A DNA stretch of 64,000 bases. Source: Octopus sinensis (taxonomy: Eukaryota). The stretch lies in NCBI RefSeq assembly GCF_006345805.1, contig NC_043016.1, positions 12,834,001-12,898,000 on the forward strand, given 5' to 3'. The notes beneath the pieces were generated by a model. It saw only the letters and a program-made list of their open reading frames with translations. It ran no database searches and was not told the DNA's origin. Position numbers and translations under genes: made by a program. Each line of letters begins with the position of its first letter. Within the stretch, counting starts at the first letter, position 1. Shown in pieces: positions 38,163 to 51,676 of the stretch.

Positions 38163-39357
38163 TATATATATAGATATATAGACAACTATCCATATTTCAA
38201 TAATGAATGGAAGTTCTTCAGTGAAAAAAAGAAATAAACGGTTCCAATGATGATAATGATTTCAAATTTTGGCACAAGGTCAGAAATTTTGGGGAAGGGA
38301 GTAAGTCAACTATGACGACCCCAGTGATTAACTGATACTTATTTTATCGATCCCGAAAGAGATGAATGGCAAAGTCAACCTCAGTGGAATTTGAACTCAG
38401 AACATAAGGATGGATGAAATGCCATTAAGCATCTTGCCCAGCATGCTAACGATTCTGTCTGCAAGAAATTGGAGAATGTCTGTAGTGCTGAAACAGTGTT
38501 GAAATTAGTAGATTGAGTGGAAGTGGTTAAAAAAAAACCACTCTGCATTGAAGTTACTTTTTATGCCAAACTCAACTCAAAGAGTTTCCTGCTGTGATCA
38601 TCCCCTTATTTTTTTTGTCTGTAGAGTATGTAAGATGCATTATCAAATGTAATATTTTAATTTATTTTATTTTAGATGATAAGGTTTAAGGGAGATTTGG
38701 CTACTAATTTCAGAATTAAGCAATCAAACAGCAATTTTCTCATTGAAGGTCATTTAGTCAGTGTATTCAATGCAACGTCTGTTTAAACATATTCAACTGA
38801 AAGAGTTCTTTTGATTGAATATTTCTAAATATACATTTTCAAAAGGTGCTTGTGATTTCTTGAATATATTTAGCACTCTTATAAAAATATCTCTACTGTT
38901 AACACCTGTCCCCACCTCTCTTCCTTTCCCCCCTCCCTCTCCCCCCTCCCTCTCCCCCCCTTCTCCGGCTCTCCCCCTCCCTCCTCTCCTGTTCTATTGT
39001 AATTGACTTAACGAGAGCAGAGACTGTATACTAAAGTATAGATTTCTTCTAGTACATTGTTACCATTTATGAATTTAGTTGCTCATTAAATGAATAAACT
39101 GTGGCTTTTCTTTATTCTCTGTCTGTCTGTCTCACTCTTTCTCCCTCCCTCCTCTTCTGAGTTCCTTTTATAAATAGCATTCATAATTTGGTCTTGACGG
39201 GTTTTAAATAAATTTGTCGGCAAACAGTTTAGGCATATTTAATTATAGTGCTTTATTTGAAATTCATATTTGTTTCTAATCCATACAGCTTATGTCTACC
39301 AAACTCACTCATAAGACATTGGACAGCCTAGGGCTGCAGTAAAAGATAACATGCATA

Positions 39358-39562
39358 AGGTGGTGAGCTGGCAGAAGTGTTAGCATGCCGGGCGAAATGC
39401 AGTATTTCGTCCGCCTTTATGTTCTGAGTTCAAATTCCACCAAGATCGACTTTGCCTTTCATCCTTTCAGAGTCAATAAATTAAGTACCAGTTGCATACT
39501 GGGGTCGATCTAATCAACTGCCACCCGCTCTAAAAATTTTGGGCCTTGTGCCTTGATTAGAA
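39358..39562 (+). mobile_element. SINE family B
   Basis: ggtggtgagctggcagaagtgttagc...gggccttgtgcct. Confidence 0.8.
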
Positions 39563-39714
39563 GAAAAAAAAAAACTGCATTTATACTCTCACTCGATGCC
39601 TGACAAAACTTTAAGTTGCATGGAGCTGAGTCAAACTGTTATTAAATAATATAACTCCTATCAAATGTATTGAGTGCCACTTTCTTTCATTTGTCCACTC
39701 AATCATATAATATA

Positions 39715-39865
39715 TGGTGTTAGGAAGGGCATCCAGCTGTAGAAACACTCCCAGATCAGACTGGAGCCTGGTGCAGCCTTCTGGCTTCCCAGATCCCCGG
39801 TCGAACCGTCCAACCCATGCTAGCATGGGGAACGGACGTTAAACAATGATGATGATGATGATGAT
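39715..39865 (+). mobile_element. SINE family C, 5'-truncated
   Basis: Reverse complement of 6148-6290. Confidence 0.8.
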
Positions 39866-40219
39866 ATATATATATAAATAGATAGATATGTTTTGCAAAC
39901 AATTTGCTCATGCAAGTGCTACCAGCTGAGAGTTTCACATACTGGAAGCCAGCAAGTGTATGGGGGTCATCAAGAGAGAATGTGTGCAGTTTTGGGGCCT
40001 ACCTCTCGACGGCATCAACATGCACTGCCCCAGCACACTGATATAGGCTTTGCTTGCTAGATCAGCTGGTCATCAAATAAAGCTCAATATTCTTCTAGCC
40101 ATCGCTCATCGTCTCTTTTTAATCAAATCCAGTGGCTAGCCTTTTTTTCCACTGTAGTTTGGATATCAGTCATGGTGGTATTGACTTTATGATGAGTTAG
40201 GCCTAATAATAACAATAAT

Positions 40220-40362
40220 CGTCTCACACTGTGCCCAACAAACCCTCTACATCTGACTTCTATTGCAAAATGCTCCGCTTTCCAGCTTGCGTCTTCACAT
40301 TCCTTGAGGAGGTTTACATAATGATCAATCTTTCAAGCCTGAGTGGCGTCCATGTTATCTTC
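40220..40362 (-). mobile_element. Restriction-like endonuclease fossil of an R2-superfamily (Hero/NeSL-like) retrotransposon
   Basis: EDNMDATQA*KIDHYVNLLKECEDASWKAEHFAIEVRCRGFVGHSVR matches the K..Y..L...EVG.RG motif. Confidence 0.68.
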
Positions 40363-40782
40363 ATATATATATCAGACATGTGCTGTCAGTAATTACTCTG
40401 GGTTGGCAGTTGGTGACCTTTATGTAATAAAACAAAACAAATAAGCGAAGCAAACACAGGCGCACGACTTGTTGAAGGCAGATTTACTTCTGCCTCTATA
40501 GCACGTAAAGAAAACGGTGTTGTAGGAGTTTATGTGGCACGTGTACTACAGCAGTCCTATGCGCAGCTTAAATACTGAGATTGAAAGGCAGGGGCGAATT
40601 ATGCGTTACCTAATCTACAGAAAAATAAAACATTTTGCATTTTATGCATAGTAATCAGAATAACCTTCATAATTTTTATTGAATTAGGTGCATATTTTGC
40701 CATAAAAGGAAAACGTTACTATCAACATATTTTATTCAGGGTAGATACTGCCTACCTTGCCTAACTAGGCAGCATGTCCCTG

Positions 40783-40815
<33 letters not shown>

Positions 40816-40830
40816 CATATATATATATAC

Positions 40831-40884
<54 letters not shown>

Positions 40885-40915
40885 TAATAAACACTTGTGC
40901 AAGGTGCTGTGCAGT

Positions 40916-41160
40916 GGAGGCACATGGCTTAGTTTGTTGGACTCCTGATTGTAAGATTTTAATTTCGATTCCTGGGCCGGGCGATGTGTTGTGTTCTTGA
41001 GCAAAACACTTCATTTCACATTACTCCAGTCCACCCAGCTGGAAAAAGTGAGTAATCCTGCAATGAACTGGTGTCCTGTCCAGGTGGGGGAATATATACA
41101 CCATGGAAACTAGGAAACTGGCCCTTATGAGTTAGCATGACCCGAAAAGGTAACCTCACT
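40916..41160 (+). mobile_element. tRNA-derived SINE (another family)
   Basis: Head ...tttcgattcctgggccggg, CORE-like gtgttcttgagcaaaacacttc, then cctgcaatgaactggtgtcctgtccag; related fragment at ~12485-12560. Confidence 0.65.
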
Positions 41161-41984
41161 TTTTTTTTGTATTTTAGAACTGATCCTGAAATATGGTTTC
41201 TATGTAAGCTGTTTTTAGAACAAATATCTGTATTAAAGAGTTTCTATGAAAGAAGAGATTGAAGGCTGATGACAAATAACTAAACCCTATCCTTTTATAT
41301 AATCGATTACAATAGCAGCTGTGTTGTATAGTTATCGGTAGTGTCCTTTGTATCCCCAACACATCAAGTTTGAACCTAGTTTCTTGACAACCATGACATT
41401 CCACAGCCTATCCTCACTGTTGTCCATTGATGTCTTTAGCAGTGTCCCCACTCTGTCACAAGCATCTGGGTCATGTCTATAGTTTGAAGTCAACCTGGTA
41501 TCTTGAAATACTCTATTCTCTTGTACCTTTATTGTGTAATGCCTTGTTTGTTTAATAGTACAAGTAGATGGATGTTGTTCATCAGTGGAAGCTCACTGCT
41601 AGATACAACAGGAATATGTTCCCATGAGTAACATTTCAGAATACTGAGCTATTTGTTGGTATGACAACCCACAATCATTAACTTCCAGTAGTTGTACTAT
41701 TTACATGGATTCCATCAACCCAGGGGGTTGTAGTTTTTTTTCCCCTTTCTTTCAACACTTTCAGATCACTATGAAGGTTGCATGCTGTCTTTTCTCTTTT
41801 AAGCAACCTATAGAAAATTTTTTTAAAAACCAAATGCTTCTTTTATGTAGTTTATTTTTCTGAAATATCCACTTAAAGAAAGCATTTAAGAAAAAAATCA
41901 ATGAATTACTCATGTCTTCTCTCTATACCAAATTTAATTTTTTCCTTCCCATTCAAATCTCCTAATATAAATAATGAGTGTAGT

Positions 41985-42042
<58 letters not shown>

Positions 42043-44169
42043 TTGTCCAGAATCATGCTGGACATGGAGGAGGAGAGAAAATAGTAATTCAGTGAAGGAG
42101 AAGTAGTGAGAGTATTAGCCCTGACTGAGAGGGAATGAGAGAAAGGAAGGAGTGATAGATGAATAAGGAAGGGTCGAAAAAAAAATCAGCATTTCGATTC
42201 TGTGTGAGTGTATAAAATACAACAATTAGCCGTCCTTATTGACGGCATGTGGTCAGCTAGTATTTTTAATGATACCTTTACCTGCAGGTGTTAATTATTC
42301 CATTTGACATAAAGCATTTGTAAGTTAAGTGTTAAAGGGTTAACAGAGAGGTGTGTGTGTGTGTGTATGTGTGAAGTGCTTTGCATTAACTATAAACATG
42401 ATTGAAATGTAGTTTCTCTTTTTCTTTTCGTTCTAGCAATTATATAGCGATCTGAGATTTAAATAATACAAATGTACTTTGAGCTGCATATTAAATATTT
42501 ATATAAGGCCAAAGAAGGCAGGAATAGCCTTTTATCTTTTACTCTGCTATTGTCAAAACCTGTATATCAAGAAGTGTGAATTTGGTTTAATGGGAGAAGG
42601 CATGAAGTTAAGAACTCTGAGTGAATGACGTTGGAAATTCTAAAAATCCTTTTGAATTTGTTTCATGAATGCTATTCTGTACCGCTGTTTAATTTATACA
42701 ACTAAGCAGCTGAGGTTCTCGGCTTGTGACACCTTTTATAAGTATTTGGCATATGGACCACAAGGTTGCAATTGAAATAGTTTCTAAAGGTAGAAATACT
42801 CTTAATATAGTGTGTTTGTGTGTGAGAATATGTGCGTGTGTGTGTTAATTAGTCATTGCTGTTACATTGCCAATATTTTTATATTAATTATTTAATTATC
42901 AGTTATTTAATTTTGTGAATTGCTTGAAAGAGCCAATGTTTTAATGGAAACTTCAAAACTGTGCTGACAGTGAATTGCTTTTGTAATTATTTCATATTAG
43001 AATACTTTTTATACAAAAGAGTAATTTGTTGTGGCAGTATGGAACAATTATTGAAATCTCAGGAATTGTTTAACTATCGTAGTAATGAATTTCTGTGTTA
43101 TTTATTTTAATAACAATTTAGGAAATTAATTATGTCAAAGAATTCTTTGAACAGTCCAATCCACAGATATACTATATTTGGTTTATATTTATTGTTGGCT
43201 TCATATTTTTTTTTATGGATAGTTTCAGATGCCAAATGACCTTTTTTTGCTGGCCATTATTCATATTCTGCAACAAAAACTTGTGTTGGTGCCAGTTTGA
43301 TTCTGAGTCTCAGGTCAAAATGTCCTCGTGCGTGGCAAAATACCAGTCTTCCATTACAACTGTTTTGGATTAGGTTGTAGCAGGTTTATATTGTTATTTT
43401 TAAATACTCATGAAGGTTTTGTTTCATTCAATGTCTTAAAGCAGTGGCTCTTAATTTTTTTGACATTTGATATTCTGGAGATCAAATAAATAAATCACTA
43501 GTGTATTTCATAAGGAAAGTTCAAAGGAAACAAAAACAAAAAAAAACTATTCAAGGCCGAAACATATAACAGAATATAGAAATCTGTTGCTTTTCTTATT
43601 TTATTAATCATACAAAATTTTAAAGATATTTAAACATTAACCCTTTTATTACCATATTTCTGTTGAAATACACTGGCTTTGTTCAATAAATTTTGAAAAT
43701 AATGAAGAATTCAAAATAACTGATGTTTGGATCATAAATTAACACAAAATTTTGATGTAAGGTTTTAATTTAGATCACTTTAACACCTTTGTTACCATAT
43801 TTCTGTTGAAATTCACTGACTTTGTTTCAATTAATGTTGAAAATAAGGACAAATTTAAGAATTTTGTCATTATTAAATTGGAGTTTGGACAAGGGGATAA
43901 ATATCAGATAGATGTATAGAGGCCTATATTTGAATAATGTACACTCTTTGGGCATATACATTCTATTTTACATATAAAATAAAGGCTCCAAAAAAGTGTT
44001 ACTCAAATAACCCTTTTGTTTGGACATTTATTGACCACAAAACTATGTAGATTTTAATCTTCATTTGCATGGATTTTGAATTCAACGATAATCTTTTTGT
44101 GTTTGTTTTATATTTGGTGTGGATCTAATGAGTTTATAATTTTTAAAAATTTAATTATTTACTTCTTCT

Positions 44170-44424
44170 AACCCTTCACCTGTCTTGTGTATCACATGTG
44201 ATACCCCCCCCCCCACCACAGGACATATTTTTCCTGACACCCATGTATCATATATTTTGCACATTACCAACTCTTTTTAGTGACTGCCAAAGTAATTTGG
44301 GAACTTATGAAAGGAAAGCTTTATGTTACTCAGAATGTATGAAACAAGGGCTAAAAGACTGCTGAAAACAACCATGGACATTTAGGACAAATTTCCAAAA
44401 ATTCTTTAGACAGGCAGAGGGTTA
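44170..44424. mobile_element. piggyBac-type MITE (third family)
   Basis: taacccttcacctgtc...gacaggcagagggttaa imperfect TIRs. Confidence 0.55.
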
Positions 44425-45121
44425 ATTTTGATTTATTGTACAAGCAAGTTTAAAAAAACAAAAAACAAGGTCTGCTCTGAGTTTTTTCTTTTATCATTTT
44501 AAAAACTATATTGGAATTGAGTCAAATATATAATGGAAAATGTGTGCATATACCAACTGTTAAGGGTAATGAAAAATGGCAAATATAGATGTGTGATTAT
44601 ATGAAGCAGCTGTTAAAGTAGAACAACAGATAGACAATACTTGTGTTCATTCAACTGAAAACTTCCCATTTAGAATAGGAGACTGAAATTTGTATAGCAA
44701 CTCTTGTTAGTTTTCTGTTATTATGGATATGAATGAAATTATTTCCCAGCTTAGCAGAGTAATTATACATCTAGTAAGATCACACGGATAGGTGTAGTCA
44801 ATTTTGACTGTTGTTATCAGCAACATAGTCACCACTTAAATGTGAGATCGTGACAGTTCTGTTTCTGTTGGTATAGAGTTCTATTATTAATTATTTCTGT
44901 TATGCTTGTTAGCTAATTTATGCGTGACCAAAATAAAAATTGAACAAACGCTTGTATGGACACAAAAAAATAGGTGACAGGCTGGAAGAAAGATATTTGT
45001 TTGAAGAGTAAAATAACAACAGACGCCATCCATATGGAAAACAATGTACAATTGTTAACATATTTAATGCAAGGAGCATTAGAAGTTCCACTCGCTGTGT
45101 GTTCATAAAAAATGTTAGTAA

Positions 45122-45558
45122 TTAATACAAGTCCCCAGGCAAGTATGAGGACAACTACAGACAAGTTTTGGTTTTATTCTGACCTCATCAGCAAAGCATG
45201 ACCTTTAAATGCTAAAGGGTTAAAGAAGGTTTGAGGTAGGATATAAAGAGGTAATGATAAAGTAATGGTTAATACAAGTCCCCAGGCAAGTATGAGGCCA
45301 GCTACAGACAGGTTTTGGTTATTCTGACCTCATCAGCAAAGCATGGCCTTTTAGTGCTAAAGGGTTAAAGAAGGTTTGAGGTAGGATATAAAGAGGTAAT
45401 GATAAAGTAATGGTTAATACAAGTCCCCAGGCAAGTATGAGGCCAGCTACAGACAGATTTTGGTTTTATTCTGACCTCATCAGCAAAGCATGGCCTTTAA
45501 ATGCTAAAGGGTTAAAGAAGGTTTGAGGTAGGATATAAAAGGAGGTAATAATAAAGTA
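45122..45558. repeat. Tandem repeat, 3 x ~146 bp
   Basis: Units start at 45122, 45269 and 45414 (ttaatacaagtccccaggcaagtatgagg...). Each contains a TGCTAAAGGGTTAA MITE-type terminus and ctcatcag. Confidence 0.93.
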
Positions 45559-45637
45559 AAAAGAACATATTAAATTGATAATCATTAGGTAATATATCTC
45601 TTGCTAGGCAGTTAGGTTTTAGATTGCACGTATAATT

Positions 45638-46013
45638 AACTAGCAGTATCGCCCGGCGTTGCTCGGGTTTGTAAGGGAAATAACTATAAAGCATTTTTAG
45701 AGAGTTATAGCCAAAAAATGGAAAAAAAATGATGGTAAATTTTTTTTAGTTAAAATGGTCGAGTTGCGTCCCCTAGACAGTCTGTGGTTTGTATGTCTGA
45801 TTCTCGACCCCATGTCGAATTTATCGATTTTTTTCAGAACTGGGGGAACTTTTCAAAATTTTCGCTGCGTTAGTTTTGAATTATAACATTGGGCTATGTG
45901 TGTGTCAAGTTTCATCAGAATCGGTTGAAAGCCATGGTCAGGGTGAGGGTACAACCTAACAGACACACAGAAACACACATAGACAAACTGCCGTTTATAT
46001 ATAGAGAGAAGAT
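45638..46013 (+). mobile_element. Non-autonomous Helentron/Helitron-type element (HINE/DINE-1-like)
   Basis: 5' aactagcagtatcgcccggcgttgctcggg hairpin, aagtttcatcagaatcggtt, acagacac repeats, 3' tttatatatagagagaagat; architecture typical of this class. Confidence 0.7.
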
Positions 46014-47999
46014 AGTAGATTTATGAAAATCGAGTGCAATCGTTTTAGAATCTTCAGACGATGATAAGGTTTGAGCAATGTTTGATGTTGTAGAACAAAC
46101 AGATTTTAAGTTTTTTAATTAAACATTTTTATAATACTTGTGCTGTGTGTACATGTGTGTATGAGGAATAATTGAGCAACTTAAAAAAGATTTAGCTGCT
46201 GGATAGCTAGGTTGAAATTATTTCTTTGAAAACTTGTGCTAGATATTCGGTGTAAGTGATCTTAAAACTACTTCTAGACAGAATTGTATTATAGTACTGG
46301 GAAGACTCTTATCAACAGAAAGTTTAGATAATCTCAGAGAAATCCTTCTGACTAAATTATTATATTCCTTGGGTGATTGGAATGTTTGTGTTTGTACTTC
46401 TAGAATAAATTTAGTTTATGGTTAAGATAGTACTATGGGTTGGTTAAATCTCAAGTGATATTCAAAAAGTTGGTTTTGGTTAGTCTGGTTTCTATGGTAA
46501 TCAGTAATCGTTCTTGAAGATGTAGTTTTTTTTCTTTCTGATTTTGAAGTTTGAGGCTCATGATTATGAAAAATAAAGGCCATCATCTCTATATAGTTCT
46601 CTTTTTGCAAGTAGTATAATAAATACAGGCTAATATCAAAACTTTAAGCAGAATCATTGGCTCTTAGGCTGACATTGAATAGAATGTTTTGAATATTTTT
46701 TTCAATCCATATAGAATTGTTATACTTGGAAATGGTTTTTCTGTGCATATAAAACCTTTTCAGAGTTAGTGATATTGGGTAATCAGTTTTGTCAAAAACT
46801 TAATTAATCAATAGAAGTTAGGCAATTGACGAGCAACAATCTTTAATACCAAATAGTCATGATTGAATACCATTCTTATCTGGGATTAATTTGAACAACT
46901 ATATTACTGTCATGATATAATTCTATGAAATTTAGGGTGATATATCCCTAATTTTAGTGATAATTTTCCAGATTACTTAATCCCTCAGTTTATTTTAGTG
47001 AGGTTGATGCAATACATGGAAAGCTTATGAACAAAGTAAGTTTTATGGTCTTTCAGAGTCAAATAAGGTTGTTTAAGCATGAATGGCTTAGATCTGTCTT
47101 GCAATGGAGGATAATCTCATTAAGGGTATTCTAATTTTGTCTGTTTGAAAATATTAGTGAAGGACTTTGACACTAACACTTAACACTGACTTGTCTAGTT
47201 CATATGTGTCCTACATTTTATTATTTTGGATATTTTTCAGGTTTTTTTTTATATATTTGAAAACTTAGCTATTTATGTAGTTTAGCCATATTATGGGATA
47301 ATTTGAAATTTAGTGGTTTCTATTAAAGAGGAAAAAATTTCCCTTTTCAAACAATCTTTTGTTTTAATTCCATATTTGAAACTTGTTTTGGTTATCTTTT
47401 TGTTTGTCAAAGAAATATGTTTATTTACTACTTGTGATCTTTTAATGAAATTTTCTCTTTTGGATTGTGACACTTATGCTAGATTTTCATGCATGGAATA
47501 ACATTTTGTTGTTGATGGTTAAATCTATTTTCTGTTTCTGTATTTTAAGTTTGTGGTTTGAGGGTTCAAATGAAAGGAGTGTTAATTTGAATGTCGCAAG
47601 TCCCAATGGAAAATTTAACATTTTCAAACAAAAGGTAGTTGAAATGAAATATTTAAATACTTTAGGTTGCAATCTGTTTCATTCCAAAATGCATTTTTGA
47701 AGATTTAAAATGACAGCGAAGAATTATAAATAAAAGCTAGTATGGAGAAATATTGAGGGGAGAGATAACATATGGATGATGGAATGTGTAACAAAGTAAA
47801 AGATATACAGAAAATGGTTAAATGGAAGGGAGAACAAGATAAAGATGTGTATAAAAGATGGGTCTGAAATATAATTAAACAAGAGGGCCCCTCTCTCTGT
47901 ATGACAAACCTATGAACAACTTTGATTAGTCTCAGTATTTAAATTGTTATATTCATACTGCTAATGAATGTAATATGCAAAAATAAAAAAAAAAGTAAA

Positions 48000-48190
48000 A
48001 TGCGATATTTCGTCTGCCGCTATGTTCTGAGTTCAAATTCCACCAAGGTCAACTTTGCCTTTCATCCTTTCGGGGTCGATTAAAGAAGTACTAGTTAAGC
48101 ACTGGGGTCGATATAATCGACTTAATCCCTTTGTCTGTCCTTGTTTGTCTCCTCTGTGTTTAGTCCCTTGTGGGCAGTAAAGAGATAAGA
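48000..48190 (+). mobile_element. SINE family B, 5'-truncated
   Basis: Begins near tatttcgtctgccgc; long tail variant as at 24465. Confidence 0.8.
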
Positions 48191-49065
48191 AATGCTCATA
48201 AGTAGCTCTAAACTGTTTCCTCTTTCTGTAGGGTGAACTCAGCAAGACACTCTTGCAAATGATTGGCAATTGCTTGTTGAAACTAGTTGGGTTGTTCTAA
48301 GGTTCATCTTTCAGAGAGAGAGAGAGAAAGCTTTGTTGTTTATACACATCTATTTACACAGTGAAGTCGAACATATGTACTTATTCACAGTTTATTTGTG
48401 TACACACAGCATTTCAGTTATTTCAAGCAATGACTGACCCAAGATTTAAATCACTCAGTTGATAAAGTCTATTTATTCAAGAAAAACCAACCTAGACCAC
48501 TCAGCAGAAATGTATTTACCTGAATATCGTATAATCGTAATAACCCTAGTATACCAATATAGCCCTGGATGTGTGCTGAATGAAATTAAACAATTAAGTT
48601 GAATTTCTTTTATTTATTTCTCTACCTACTGTCTGACAGATCTTGCTGGTCATCTCAAGAAATGGATCTCCCCACCCCCCCAGCTTTTTTTTTTTTTTTT
48701 TTGCAGTAAAAATATTTTAAGATCCTTGAAGTCTGCTAAAAGAGGCTATGGGTTATTTTACTTATACAAATTGTTATTAAAACCAAATACGATTATGCGA
48801 TATGTACTGTTGTATACATTGCAAAAGGTTATCTCTTGTATATTGGTTTTCCATGACACTTGAGGTTTATTCTTCTGCTAACATGCTAACATTAGAGTTA
48901 ATGTCAAAGTGTTGCTTTTATTTATCATTTCTGATTGATGTGAGGAATTTCGTTGCTGTGGAAAAAAAAAAGATCTGTTTGCAATTGAAGTTTAACAACT
49001 AACTATAAAGCAATTGTAAATCATTTTGAAATGTTTTCATTTCGAAGCATTTTACTATTTTATTG

Positions 49066-49107
<42 letters not shown>

Positions 49108-49335
49108 CTGTTTGCTTTGTAACAAAAAATGTATATTGAATGCAAATTGTTTGCTATGGCATACATACATTTACAAATACCACAGCAAACATGTATGTGC
49201 AAAAACACTGCATGTGTGTGTTTTTTGTGTATTTATGTGTATGTATATACACACACACACACATGCGCAAGAATAATTTCAATACCCCAAAGCAGAGTGT
49301 TGGCATTTATTTGAGTGTTGCTTTCCCATTTAATT

Positions 49336-49373
49336 TCACCTGATGAAGCAGAAATGTGAAACTCGAGTAGTGA
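49336..49373 (+). ncRNA. Minimal type I hammerhead ribozyme (Penelope-type)
   Basis: TCAC-CTGATGA-a-GCA gaaa TGT-GAAAC-TCGA-GTA^GTGA. 4-bp stem I, GNRA-capped stem II, palindromic TCGA loop III. Confidence 0.68.
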
Positions 49374-51641
49374 CTGACTCACCTTGGGTTTCAATGAATT
49401 TTTTTCCACTCTATTTCACTGTGTTGAGTTGTTTGTTTTATTTTTTTGTTTTTCTTTTTGCTTTATTATACACACACAGGCATGTGTGCAAATGATTTGT
49501 TCAATATCTATCTTTCTTATTTTTGTGTTAGGAAATATCTATTTGTATAGGTAGTAGCTATATTAATAATTTCCATGTGTTGAAACGGTGATATATTTTT
49601 AAAGTTCTATATTTGGTTTCAAAGTTTACGAAGAAAAAAAAAATATTTGGTCAGTCTAATCCATTTTGCAATATTTTCCAGTGTGTTTCCTTCTTTGAGT
49701 ATTTTGGACGAAAATTTTGCATAGGGCCTTGAACAGCAATTGTTTGACTCCTAGTCATGCGTTCCATTGAGTGCTAAAGATATTTATTTAACTGTTTGAT
49801 ATTGTATGTGATTTTGATATCATTCAGTTTACTGTGTTCATAGGTGAATTAAACTTCTCAACTGCTGCAGACATCTGGAAAATTTACGACACTCATATCC
49901 AGGCAGGTAGAAATTTTGCATGAAATAACCTTTTATCACTATTTTCTGGTTGCGAACTGTTTCTTTTATTTTTGAAAATAGATCAAGGGATGTGATTTTT
50001 AAATCCGCTTCTCACTATTAAATACTCCCAACAGTTCCCCCCCCCCACTACTAACGACAGAATTATTTTTGAAAGTCTAAAACGAATTTTGTTCCTGAAG
50101 AAAGACCATTTACAATGTTTCATCACATCCTTATCCTAGATTGCTGCCTGAACACTTTTTGATGCTTATTAATTGGTCCTATTTTCGGTAATAGACACAT
50201 TAAGAATTCTTTTCTGTGAGAGCATGAACATATAAAATAAATGGAAAATATCTTCTTAACATAGAAAAAAAAAACACAAAGTATATTAATATAAAAAGGA
50301 ACTCTGCTGAATTTGACGATTCTTTCAAAAGAAAATTGAAAAATTTGACTCATTTGAATGGAAGCATGCGAGATACATACCGTAACTTTAACGATATTTC
50401 CATTTGTTTTTCATTTCTAATACCTTAAGGCTAAATTATTTTCAATGAGTTGCTTCCAACTTCTCCGAAATGAATTCTCTATAAATGCTTATTTCACCGA
50501 ATGTAAACAATCCTAATTTTGTTATTTTTTGCTTTTTCTTTTCGTTTGGATTAATCACACATACACACACAGACACACAAAAAAGAGTTTGTATTTGAGA
50601 GTGAATTTTTGCAGCATCTATGAAAAATACATAAAATATTTATTTCATTATAAAAAAAAAAATTGTTTTGATATGATTTGTGGGGCAGGGTTCATTTGTT
50701 CATGGAAGCAAGTGTTTCATGGCCAGGTACTTAAAGAAAGAAAAAAAAGAAATGTAATATACCGTATCTCAGAATTGAACAAGTATTCGTCATGTATCTT
50801 ATCCATATTATGTGTTTTGTTTTTTGTTTAAAATAAACTGGAAGAAGCAAGGAATTATTGCTAGACTAAGCTGAAATTTAAATGTTCACTTTCCTGAGCC
50901 ATTGAAGAGGAGAAGTATAAAGTGTTTTGATTTGCAAGATGGTATGTGAGTATGAATTGAGAGGATATATTGAGGAAATAAACTGCATCTGAAATTGTAT
51001 GGTGTGGTGTGCTTGTCTTTGCTGAAAACAATTAGAAATTAATTAATTGAGAAATCTTTGAGTAAGAACAGAACTTTGTTTTAGTTGGGTGAAAGAAATC
51101 CATTCATTAGTAAATGTGTTGAAGGGAGATTTAGGAAAAAGTAGTTAAATCATACTTGAGATGAGAGCAGGGTGGAAATCATCACCAGTAATATGACCCA
51201 TATATAGTATATAGACCCTTGAACATGTACCCATATTGTCGTAGAAGTTAGTAAGTGTGCATACATTGTGGATACGAATACTCGGTGTGCCTGCTGTACA
51301 GTGAATCTCTATGAATCCTTTAGCAGGTTGCAGCAATTGTTCTTTTATCAAAGAGCAGAGGTCTGTTCGTACAGGGTTTATAGATCAGCTTTTATTAGTC
51401 TTGGCTGTCTATGTACAAAATATGTATAAACAACAGAGTAAAGCAGTTGATAGTGGGGTGCCGGCAGAAAGTGGTTTCAAATGATATTGGCTCTTCCTCA
51501 CCATATGCTGGCTTTGTAATGTAGCTCTAAAGAGAGTTCACACTTCTGACAAATAGCATTTCTTGTTTGAAAACTATTGCATTTCATTGAGAGAAAAAAT
51601 ATGCTGCAATCCATCAGTTAATCTGTTGTGAAAGCTTGAAA

Positions 51642-51676
<35 letters not shown>

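Noticed and set aside
45122-45558. CRISPR-like array
   Set aside because: Units are fully repeated with no unique spacers, and the context is eukaryotic.
48455-48523. SVDK... as the expected next FHA exon
   Set aside because: Lacks the HAV and DLGSxNGT motifs, hits a stop, and has no phase-0 acceptor.
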